Source: Acidimicrobiia bacterium (GTDB lineage: Bacteria; Actinomycetota; Acidimicrobiia; Spongiisociales; UBA5794). Taken from it: a stretch of DNA of 64,000 bases. The position numbers and the translations under genes were made by a program. The DNA lies in contig JAOZRW010000004.1 of NCBI GenBank assembly GCA_029939995.1, positions 10,831-74,830 of the forward strand, written 5' to 3'. The first letter of the stretch is position 1. Every line of letters begins with the position of its first letter. The notes under the pieces are model-generated. The model had not been told where the DNA came from. It saw only the letters and a program-made list of their open reading frames with translations, and made no database searches. Positions 38,707 through 45,836 of this stretch are shown here, piece by piece.

Positions 38707-39720
38707 TCAGGTTCCGGTCGCTACCTCGACGAGTTCGTTGCACAGTTCGGCGTACGTCATTCCGGTGGCCGACCACATCTTCGGGAATCCCGAGATGGGC
38801 GTGAATCCCGGCATCGTGTTCACCTCGTTGATGAGGAATCCCCTGCCGCGCTCCTCGAAGAAGAAGTCGACGCGGGCCAATCCGCGGCACTCGATCGCCT
38901 CGAAGGCCCGGGCGGCGAGGTCGCGCACCTCATCGGCACGACCCTTCGGAAGATGCGCAGGGGCTTCGAACTCGCTCGCCTCGTCCTCGTACTTCGACGC
39001 GTAGTCGTACCAGTCCCCCGCCGACTTCACCTCGCCGGGCAGGGCGGTTCGCGGTCCTTCGAGGACGGCGACCTCGATCTCTCTCCCGTCGATGAACTCC
39101 TCCACGACCACCTTGTCTCCGTATCGCAGCGCCAACGCGATGGCCCGCTCGACGCCGTCTTCGTCGACGGCCTTGGTGATCCCCACCGACGATCCGAGTT
39201 CGGCGGGCTTCACGAACACGGGCGAACCGAGCGCGCGCAGAACGCCGCGCGCCGTTCCCGACGGGTCGTCGTGGAACCGGCGGCTCCGCACGACCCGCCA
39301 CCGGGACGTCGGGATCCCGGCCTCGGCGAAGATCCGCTTCGCGATGTCCTTGTCCATCGCGAGCGCCGACGGCAGCACACCGCACCCGACGTAAGGCTTG
39401 TTCGCGATCTCGAACACTCCCTGGATCGTCCCGTCTTCGCCGTACGGTCCGTGCAGAACCGGGAACACCGCGTCGTAGCCGACGGCGGCGTCGCCGACGA
39501 GGAGACGCCCGTCGGGAAGTCGGAGCGCGGCCGACCGGCCTTCGGCGCGGAACGGTCGATGCGACGCATCGACCACCCACCACGCTCCGTCGCGATCGAT
39601 GCCCACCGGGATGACACGGTGACCGCTCTCGATCAGCGCGTCGTGGATGGCGACCGCCGACACGCACGACACTTCGTGTTCCGCCGACCGGCCGCCGAAG
39701 AGGAGAAGGATTCTGGACAT
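38707..39720 (-). CDS. ddl: D-alanine--D-alanine ligase
   Basis: 337 aa: ILLLFGGRSAEHEVS..., ATP-grasp, C-terminal FLINEVNTMPGFTPISGFPKMW. Confidence 0.95.
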   Translation of the reverse strand: MSRILLLFGGRSAEHEVSCVSAVAIHDALIESGHRVIPVGIDRDGAWWVVDASHRPFRAEGRSAALRLPDGRLLVGDAAVGYDAVFPVLHGPYGEDGTIQGVFEIANKPYVGCGVLPSALAMDKDIAKRIFAEAGIPTSRWRVVRSRRFHDDPSGTARGVLRALGSPVFVKPAELGSSVGITKAVDEDGVERAIALALRYGDKVVVEEFIDGREIEVAVLEGPRTALPGEVKSAGDWYDYASKYEDEASEFEAPAHLPKGRADEVRDLAARAFEAIECRGLARVDFFFEERGRGFLINEVNTMPGFTPISGFPKMWSATGMTYAELCNELVEVATGT

Positions 39721-39768
39721 CCGGGCAGGTTACCGACGAACCATCGGCGGCCACGGCATTGCCGCCGC

Positions 39769-40551
39769 CTACCGGGAACGATCCATCGCCACGGCGTGGA
39801 ATCCCCCGTCGACGTGGATGATCTCACCCGTCGTCGACGGCGCCCAGTCGGAGAACAGCACACACACCATCCGCGCGACGGGCTCGGGATCGGTCAGGTC
39901 CCACGGCAGCGGCGCTCGGCGCTGCCACGCGTCGACGAATTCCTGGATCCCGGGGATCGACTTCGCCGCCACCGTAGCCAGCGGGCCCGCCGAGACGGCG
40001 TTCGCCCTGATACCGTCGTCGCCGAGGTAGCGGGCGAGATACCGTGTGACGGATTGCAGCGCCGACTTCGAGACGCCCATCCAGTCGTATGCGGGCCACG
40101 CGGACGTGTTGTCGAAGTCCAGCGCCACGAGGGACCCGCCGCCCGCTTCACGCATGAGCGGGAGGAGGCCGGCCGCCAGCGTCTTGTACGAGAACGCCGA
40201 TGTGAGGAACGCCGTGGCCGCCGAATCGGCCGGTGTGGTGAGGAAGTTCCCGCCGAGGGCGTCTTCGGGCGCGTACGCGATGGCGTGAAGGGCACCGTCG
40301 ACACCTCCCCAGCGATCGGACAGATCCGCAACGAGTGCGTCCATGTGGGCCGGCTCGTTGATGTCCAGCTCCAGGACCGGCGGCGGATCGGGTAACCGCT
40401 TCGCCGAACGCTCGGTCAACCTGATCGCCCGACCGAATCCGGTGAGGACGATCTCGGCACCCTGCTCCTGCGCCAGCCGCGCCACGTGCCAGGCGATCGA
40501 CCCGTCGGTCAACACTCCCGTGATGACCAACCGCTTCCCCTTCAACAACAT
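39769..40551 (-). CDS. fabI: Enoyl-[acyl-carrier-protein] reductase (NADH), FabI/InhA type
   Basis: ATG 40551 preceded by GAGGAGGATCCG. MLLKGKRLVITGVLTDGSIAWHVA...; Tyr-x6-Lys in AYDWMGVSKSAL. Confidence 0.88.
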   Translation of the reverse strand: MLLKGKRLVITGVLTDGSIAWHVARLAQEQGAEIVLTGFGRAIRLTERSAKRLPDPPPVLELDINEPAHMDALVADLSDRWGGVDGALHAIAYAPEDALGGNFLTTPADSAATAFLTSAFSYKTLAAGLLPLMREAGGGSLVALDFDNTSAWPAYDWMGVSKSALQSVTRYLARYLGDDGIRANAVSAGPLATVAAKSIPGIQEFVDAWQRRAPLPWDLTDPEPVARMVCVLFSDWAPSTTGEIIHVDGGFHAVAMDRSR

Positions 40552-40591
40552 CGGATCCTCCTCGGTGGACACGGAACTCTAGATGGGAGAG

Positions 40592-40960
40592 TCATGACAC
40601 GTTGGACCATGCGCGAAACCCAAGCCCCGTCACGAACAGCAGCAGGAGCCCGTACCAGAGCGCCGGATTGCGCGCGAGCGTCGAGCGATACACGTAGGCG
40701 AGGCCCAGGGTGACCACGACCACGACTCCGTAGAACACATGGAACCCGTTGAGGGGGCGCAACCCGGAGACGTAGAGCGTGACGCCGGCCGCCACCTGAA
40801 CGAGGATCGCGACGATGGCGACGGCAACGGCGATTCCGAACGCCCGGCCGGGCTTCTTTCGCATCGCGGCCGGCACGAGACCCCACAGGCCGACGAAGCC
40901 CGTAGCGCCGAGAGCGACGTAGACCCAGTACTGGTGGAACCAGAGGACCTGCGCCGTCAT
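40592..40960 (-). CDS. Four-TM membrane protein, hypothetical
   Basis: 122 aa, hydrophobic throughout. The start overlaps the ybaK-like stop (ATGA). Confidence 0.6.
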   Translation of the reverse strand: MTAQVLWFHQYWVYVALGATGFVGLWGLVPAAMRKKPGRAFGIAVAVAIVAILVQVAAGVTLYVSGLRPLNGFHVFYGVVVVVTLGLAYVYRSTLARNPALWYGLLLLFVTGLGFRAWSNVS

Positions 40961-41433
40961 CGCTGGTCGGCCGGTTTCGTGATCGCAGCCGGAACCGCGG
41001 AGACGGCTTCGATCAACGCGTCGGCATCCAGGTGGATCGCGACGCCGGGCACACCGGCGCCGACGGAGACCTCGCCTCCACCCGGCACGGACTCGTCGAC
41101 GATCACGGGGATGTCGGCAGAGATGCCGAAGGGCGTGATCGTCCCCCGGCGGTATCCGGTGGCGGCGAAGGCCTGCTCGCCGTCGGCGAGCGCGAGTCGC
41201 CGCAAGCCGAGGTGGTTGCGGAGCGCCGCCCAGTCGATGACCCGGTCGCCGGGAACGAGCACGACCGTGTAGTCGCCTTCCCCCGTGCGCACGACCATCG
41301 TCTTGAGGATGCGGTCGACCGTCGTGCCCCGTCGCTCCGCCGCCTCGGCGAGGTCCCGTGCAGGCTCGAATCGCACCATCCGGTATTCGACGCCGGCGGC
41401 CGCGACCGCGGCAAGAGCGGGAGATTCATGCAT
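40957..41433 (-). CDS. ybaK: YbaK/EbsC-type aminoacyl-tRNA trans-editing deacylase
   Basis: 158 aa: ILKTMVVRTGEGDYTVVLVPGDRVIDWAALRNHLG...TGYRRGTITPFG. Confidence 0.75.
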   Translation of the reverse strand: MHESPALAAVAAAGVEYRMVRFEPARDLAEAAERRGTTVDRILKTMVVRTGEGDYTVVLVPGDRVIDWAALRNHLGLRRLALADGEQAFAATGYRRGTITPFGISADIPVIVDESVPGGGEVSVGAGVPGVAIHLDADALIEAVSAVPAAITKPADQR

Positions 41434-41513
41434 CGGGCGAGCATAGGCCCACCCGCCTTGCTGGCGAGCGGCGGTCCCGCGTGCGTTGTGAACGGCGGTA
41501 CCCTCACCGCCCG

Positions 41514-42179
41514 ATGGCCTCCCTCCGCATTCTCTCGATCAACCTCCTCGTCGACCGCGCCGACCCCGACGACCTCCGTCGGGTGATCACCGGTGCGGAT
41601 CCCGACATCCTCGTCGCTCAGGAACTCGGCCCCGCGACCGCATCGGTCATCGCCGGGATCCTGCCCCACGGTCATCTAGATCCGAGGGGCGACTTCTTCG
41701 GGATGGGCGTGGCGGCGAAGCATCCGGCCGATGTCGAACGACTCGAGCTCGAGGGCCGCTCGGGGTGGGCGGCCCGCCTCGCTCCGGCCGTGTGGCCCGG
41801 ACTGTCGAAGCCGTTCCGCGTACTCAACGTCCATCTCGTCAACCCGGTCGATCGTCCCTGGGGCGAGACCCGGAGAACCCGGCGACGGCAGATCGAGCAG
41901 ATCGGAGCGTTCCTGGGCGGCACGACAACGGCGTACGCGATCGTCGGCGACATGAACTCGTCTCCGGCATGGCCCGAGTACCGGCTGCTCGCGGAGCTCG
42001 GGAGCGACGCCGCCCGAACGACCGGCACCGCCGCCCGCACGTGGTCGGCGTTCCTCCGCGGCCCGAGGCTCCTGCGCATCGACCACGCCTTCGTGTCGGG
42101 CGTGACTCCCGTCTCCACGTCTACCACCCGGGTCGAGGGAACGGACCACGCCGCGCTCATCGTCGATCTGGATGTGTGA
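41514..42179 (+). CDS. Endonuclease/exonuclease/phosphatase (EEP) family protein
   Basis: Internal Met: MASLRILSINLLVDRADP...ILVAQEL...VGDMNSSP...RIDHAF...GTDHAALIVDL. Confidence 0.8.
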   Translation: MASLRILSINLLVDRADPDDLRRVITGADPDILVAQELGPATASVIAGILPHGHLDPRGDFFGMGVAAKHPADVERLELEGRSGWAARLAPAVWPGLSKPFRVLNVHLVNPVDRPWGETRRTRRRQIEQIGAFLGGTTTAYAIVGDMNSSPAWPEYRLLAELGSDAARTTGTAARTWSAFLRGPRLLRIDHAFVSGVTPVSTSTTRVEGTDHAALIVDLDV

Positions 42180-42230
42180 TCGGTGCGGCCGGAGCGTGCC
42201 CGCTCTCGCCGCCTGATCTACGCTCTCCCC

Positions 42231-43436
42231 ATGGTGGACATCACACTGGATGCGATCGCTCACGGCGGCGAGGCCGTCGGTCGGCTCGACGGCAAGGCAT
42301 GCTTCGTCCAGGGAGCGATGCCGGGCGAGCGTGCCGAGATCGAGATCGTCAAGGAGAAGTCCCGGTGGGCCAGGGGCCGCCTCATCCGGATACTCGAAGC
42401 ATCGCCCGACCGCATCGATCCGATCTGCCCCGCGTTCGGCACCTGCGGAGGGTGCGCCTGGCAGCACGCTTCATACGAGCGGCAACTCGAATGGAAACGG
42501 GAGGTCGTTGCAGGCCAGCTCCGGCACCTCGGAGGATTCAGCGAGGTCGAGGTGCGACCCACGATCGCCCCCGGCGAGCCGTACGGCTACCGGAACCGCA
42601 TGGACTTCTCCGTGTTCCGCGGCCGGCCGGCGCTCCATCGTCAGCGATCAGACCGGCTCGTGGCGCTCGACGGATGCCCGCTCCTCCGCCCCGAGCTCGC
42701 CGAACGCTTCACGGAGCTCGGCGACCTGACGGGAACCCGGCGGGTCGTCCTGCGGTCCGGCGTCAACACGGGGGAGGCCCTGATCCTGGTCGAAGGCCGC
42801 GTACCCGAAGCCGCCGGGTCCTGGGACGCGTCCGTCGTGGCCCGTCGCCGGGGCGATCTGCACACCGTCCGGGGCCGTGACTCGTACGATGAGGAGATCG
42901 CCGGTGTCCGCCTCACAGTTCCCGCCACCGCGTTCTTCCAGGTCAACACCGCGGGCGCCGAAGCTCTCGTCCGGCTGGTGGAGGAAGCAGCCGGAGTCAC
43001 CGGCGACGACGTCTTCCTCGATGGATACGCCGGCGTCGGATTGTTCGCCGCCACGATCGGCCGGGCCGCCCGGCGTGTGGTCACGATCGACTCGGGACGT
43101 GCGGCGTATCGCGCCATCGGCCGCAACCTGGGCCGCGTCATCCCCGGCCGGTTCGTATCGAAGCTCGGATCCTTCGAACAGACGGCTCCGAAGGTGAAGG
43201 ACCGGTGGGACGTCGCGGTGGTCGACCCACCGCGTTCGGGGCTCGGCGCGGCGGGTGTCGAGGCGGTGACGCGAACCGCTCCGCGTACGATCGTGCTGAT
43301 CTCGTGCGATCCCGCTTCGCTGGCGCGCGACGCGTCGCTCCTCGCCGACGCCGGGTATGCACTCGCTACGGTGCAGCCGGTCGATCTGTTCCCGCAGACG
43401 TACCACATCGAAACGGTCGCCCGTTTCGTGCGGTGA
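42231..43436 (+). CDS. RumA/TrmA-family RNA (uracil-5-)-methyltransferase with TRAM domain and Fe-S cluster
   Basis: TRAM (HGGEAVGRLDGKACFVQGAMPGERAEIEI), Cys cluster CPAFGTCGGCAWQH, SAM-MTase C-terminus (VVDPPRSGL...ISCDPASLARD). An alternative GTG start at 42183 is possible. Confidence 0.85.
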   Translation: MVDITLDAIAHGGEAVGRLDGKACFVQGAMPGERAEIEIVKEKSRWARGRLIRILEASPDRIDPICPAFGTCGGCAWQHASYERQLEWKREVVAGQLRHLGGFSEVEVRPTIAPGEPYGYRNRMDFSVFRGRPALHRQRSDRLVALDGCPLLRPELAERFTELGDLTGTRRVVLRSGVNTGEALILVEGRVPEAAGSWDASVVARRRGDLHTVRGRDSYDEEIAGVRLTVPATAFFQVNTAGAEALVRLVEEAAGVTGDDVFLDGYAGVGLFAATIGRAARRVVTIDSGRAAYRAIGRNLGRVIPGRFVSKLGSFEQTAPKVKDRWDVAVVDPPRSGLGAAGVEAVTRTAPRTIVLISCDPASLARDASLLADAGYALATVQPVDLFPQTYHIETVARFVR

Positions 43437-43442
43437 CGCGAC

Positions 43443-44075
43443 TCAGATCTCGTCGACCAGCTTGGCCCGCTTCTCGGCGTACTCCTCGTCGGTGAGGATG
43501 CCGTCGTTGTGGAGCTGCTTGAGGCGCTGGAGCCGTTCCGTCGCGTCGGACGGCGCCTCCACCGTCGTGTTGGTGACGGTCGAATGTCCCTGGAGTTGCA
43601 GCGAACGCTCCTCACGGACTTTGTAGAGCAGAGCGGCGAAGTCGTCCGGGTGCGGGATGTTCGAGAATCGGCTCTGACCGCCGGACCCGGCCGACTCGAC
43701 GAGGAGATCGCCGGCGCCGAGCATCCGTTCGAAGACGCTCTGGGAGAAGTTGACGTTCGTGATCCGCTCCAGCGGGATCTCGACACCCGACTTCGCGATG
43801 AGTCCGTGTCGGGTGATGAGACGCTCGGTCGTCAGCACGTATCGAGTCGTCGCCCAGCTCACGATCGGACGGACGATGAGCCAGATCGCACCGCCTACAA
43901 CGACGGCGATGAGCACCCACTCGAGCGGGTTCCACCAGTCGACGGCGATCACGAAGATGACGATCGCCATCGCCAGGATGAACCATCCGATGGGGATGAT
44001 GAGGAGTTTCCAGTGCTGTCGGAACGAGGTAACGATCTTCTCGTCGGTGGTGAGTACATCTTCAGGCCATGGCAT
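43443..44075 (-). CDS. Membrane bPH (DUF304/YdbS-like) domain protein with C-terminal SHOCT domain
   Basis: Internal ATG 44075: MPWPEDVLTTDEKIVTSFRQHWKLLIIP..., two TM helices, RYVLTTERLITRHGLIAKSGVEIPLERI; C-terminal ERLQRLKQLHNDGILTDEEYAEKRAKLVDEI (SHOCT). Confidence 0.8.
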   Translation of the reverse strand: MPWPEDVLTTDEKIVTSFRQHWKLLIIPIGWFILAMAIVIFVIAVDWWNPLEWVLIAVVVGGAIWLIVRPIVSWATTRYVLTTERLITRHGLIAKSGVEIPLERITNVNFSQSVFERMLGAGDLLVESAGSGGQSRFSNIPHPDDFAALLYKVREERSLQLQGHSTVTNTTVEAPSDATERLQRLKQLHNDGILTDEEYAEKRAKLVDEI

Positions 44076-44117
44076 GGAAGTGAGTGTACCCCACGACGGT
44101 GACGCACGGCGGACGCG

Positions 44118-44150
44118 AGAAACCCCGAGGAAGCTTTCGCCCCCTCGGGG
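44118..44150 (-). terminator. Intrinsic-terminator-like hairpin CCCCGAGGGGGC-GAAA-GCTTCCTCGGGG followed by TTTCT
   Basis: 12-bp stem (two G-U pairs) with a GAAA loop and a short T-run, read on the minus strand, 43 nt upstream of the DUF304/SHOCT ATG. Confidence 0.5.
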
Positions 44151-44421
44151 TGTCCTCGTTCCGGCGGTTCCGACCCCGGAGGGCCTTCCCCGTCGGCACG
44201 GGCGACCTTGCGATCGTCCGTTCCTCGCCGGCCGGCCGGAGCCGTCCGTGAGGTCGCCGTTCCGCTCGTTTCCGACCCGAAGGCCGTTCCCGATGGCTCC
44301 TTGCGGAGCCGACGCCGCCCCTTTCGGGGGGTGCCCGGTTGGGCGTTCCGGGAGCTCTTCCGGGCTCCCGACCGACCCTTTCGGGCCGATGTCTCTGGGC
44401 CGGTTTCCCGTCCCGTCGACA
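44118..44421 (-). ncRNA. Candidate unclassified structured RNA (leader/riboswitch or stand-alone sRNA), ~300 nt
   Basis: No credible ORF. Promoter-like element upstream, five or more hairpins (four with GNRA loops), six GGAAC motifs, and a terminator-shaped 3' end. See findings. The 5' end is only predicted. Confidence 0.45.
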
Positions 44422-44427
44422 AGTTGA

Positions 44428-44456
44428 AAATTAGACCGTTCCGTCGGCCATGTCCA
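44428..44456 (-). promoter_or_regulatory. Sigma-70-like promoter TGGACA-N17-TAATTT (minus strand)
   Basis: 5/6 match to TTGACA, 17-nt spacer and a TAnnnT -10. Lies in an unusually AT-rich patch with A-tracts just upstream. Confidence 0.45.
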
Positions 44457-44471
44457 CCCGAAACGCTGTTG

Positions 44472-44502
44472 ATTTTTCGCGCTCGAACGAGAATTTTCGC
44501 GC
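44472..44502. repeat. Two 11-nt direct repeats (A)ATTTTCGCGC spaced 20 bp apart
   Basis: ATTTTTCGCGC (44472..44482) and AATTTTCGCGC (44492..44502). On the minus strand they read GCGCGAAAAAT / GCGCGAAAATT, 16-46 nt upstream of the putative -35. Confidence 0.6.
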
Positions 44503-44519
44503 ACCTCCCCTCCCCGTCC

Positions 44520-44570
44520 CGAACCCTGGGTTCGTGACCCCGCATATGCCGTCTCGAGCCCGCGGTTCGG
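44520..44570. repeat. Intergenic repeat, solitary type-1 arm (copy C)
   Basis: CGAACCCTGGGTTCGTGACCCCGCATATGCCGTCTCGAGCCCGCGGTTCGG closely matches the reverse complement of the right arm of copy B (GCGAACCCAGGGTTCCTGACCCTGCATATGCCGTCTCCAGCCCGCGGTTC). Confidence 0.85.
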
Positions 44571-44594
44571 ACGATTCCCGTCACACCCGCCCCG

Positions 44595-44600
44595 TATAGT
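44595..44600 (+). promoter_or_regulatory. -10 box TATAGT positioned for a leaderless transcript of the RecB-like nuclease gene
   Basis: TATAGT is followed by 7 nt (GCTGCTC) and then ATG 44608. No Shine-Dalgarno. This is the usual leaderless-mRNA geometry in Actinomycetota. Confidence 0.4.
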
Positions 44601-44607
44601 GCTGCTC

Positions 44608-45414
44608 ATGTCCACCCACAGCGAAACCTCATCACCGCAATCAGCGGGTTTGACGAGCCTGTCACCGTCTCGCGCCTCCGACTTCAAACGCTGCCCCCAG
44701 CTGTTCAAGTTCAGCGCCATCGACCGCATCCCCACCGAGCCGACCGTCTATCAGGCACGGGGCACGACCGCTCACCTCGCCCTCGAACGCCTCTTCGATC
44801 TGCCCGGCCACGAGCGCACGCCGGAGCACCTCGCCGAGTTGTTCGCCGCCGCGTGGAGCGAGCTGGCACCCGTCGACTACCCGGACCTCTTCCCCGATGC
44901 CGGGAGTGAGCGGGCGTGGCTCACCGACAGCCTCGACGTCCTCTCCAACTACTTCCTCGTCGAAGATCCGACCCGGGTCGAACCGCTCGCCCGAGAGCTC
45001 GACATGACACAGGCCGTGGGAGACATGACGATCCGGGGCATCCTCGACCGCATGGAAGAAACGGACGAAGGGCTCGTGATCACCGACTACAAGACGGGGA
45101 AGGCCCCGCCGGAGCGGTACGCGATGAGCGCCTTCTTCGCCTTGAAGATCTACGCCCTGCTGATCCGCATCCGGGAAGGGCGAACACCGGACGTGCTGAA
45201 GCTCATGTATCTGACCGGGCCCACCGTGTACACGATCCCCGTCACCGACGCCCAACTCGACGCGATGCAGCGCCAGCTCGAAGCGCTGTGGACCGCCATC
45301 GAGCGTGCGATCGAGACCGGGAGGTTCCCCACGCGTACGGGCGTGCTGTGCGACTACTGCTCGTACCGCGACATCTGCCCCGCGTTCGCCCAGGACGACG
45401 GAGGACTCCCCTGA
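44608..45414 (+). CDS. PD-(D/E)XK RecB-family (Cas4-like) nuclease with Cys cluster
   Basis: LSPSRASDFKRCPQLFKF..., GILDRMEETDEGLVITDYKTGKAPP (DYK nuclease motif), C-terminal CDYCSYRDICPAF. The start is ATG 44608 (leaderless geometry) or GTG 44599. Confidence 0.85.
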   Translation: MSTHSETSSPQSAGLTSLSPSRASDFKRCPQLFKFSAIDRIPTEPTVYQARGTTAHLALERLFDLPGHERTPEHLAELFAAAWSELAPVDYPDLFPDAGSERAWLTDSLDVLSNYFLVEDPTRVEPLARELDMTQAVGDMTIRGILDRMEETDEGLVITDYKTGKAPPERYAMSAFFALKIYALLIRIREGRTPDVLKLMYLTGPTVYTIPVTDAQLDAMQRQLEALWTAIERAIETGRFPTRTGVLCDYCSYRDICPAFAQDDGGLP

Positions 45415-45836
45415 GCACCACGATCTGGACCATCGGACACGGAGACCGGTCCTTCGACGAAGTCGACCGGATCCTCAGCAGTCACGGGATCTCGACGATC
45501 ATCGACATCCGCGCCGACCGGAACGACGCCGATACCCCCGATTTCAGCGCCTCCGCGATCGAGACCCTCGCAGCGGAGGCCGGTCTCGGATACCGGTGGA
45601 TGGGACGTGCCCCGATCGGGATCGAAGACGACGGCCTTCGAACCGTCGTCGACCAGTTGATCGCCGTCGCAACGGTCACGAAAACCGCGATCCTCTGCCG
45701 GGAAACGAGCCCGGAGCGGTGCGAGCCGTTGAGGGTGCTCTCCCCGGTACTGGAGGCCGGCGGAATCCGCGTCCTCCACGTTCTCCCCGACGGGTCGGTC
45801 CGTCCTCACGAGCCGCCGCTCCCCTTCGACCGATGA
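45411..45836 (+). CDS. DUF488 family protein
   Basis: TIWTIGHGDRSFDEVDRILSSHGISTIIDIRADRN...LLCRETSPERC pattern of DUF488. No ATG/GTG/TTG near the conserved N-terminus (CTG 45411, ACG 45420, ATC 45423). The stop overlaps the adnA ATG (ATGA). Confidence 0.65.
   Translation: MSTTIWTIGHGDRSFDEVDRILSSHGISTIIDIRADRNDADTPDFSASAIETLAAEAGLGYRWMGRAPIGIEDDGLRTVVDQLIAVATVTKTAILCRETSPERCEPLRVLSPVLEAGGIRVLHVLPDGSVRPHEPPLPFDR

Noticed and set aside
44118-44421. Known RNA families for the structured gap (RNase P RNA, tmRNA, 6S, cobalamin riboswitch)
   Set aside because: - RNase P: no GGAAAGUCCGG / ACAGAAxxCGGCUUA P4 pair.
- tmRNA: no tRNA-like ends or tag ORF.
- 6S: not a single long rod with a central bubble.
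- Cobalamin riboswitch: AGCCCGGAAGAGCUCC only partly resembles the B12 box, and GCCACUG is absent.

All of this was judged by eye, so an Infernal scan is still needed.
44076-44735. N-terminal 220 codons of the 430-aa ORF 43443..44735
   Set aside because: The translation is Arg/Gly/Pro/Ser-rich. It runs through a repeat unit and an AT-rich promoter-like patch. The recognisable bPH/SHOCT protein starts at Met 44075. The interval is better explained as non-coding (candidate RNA).
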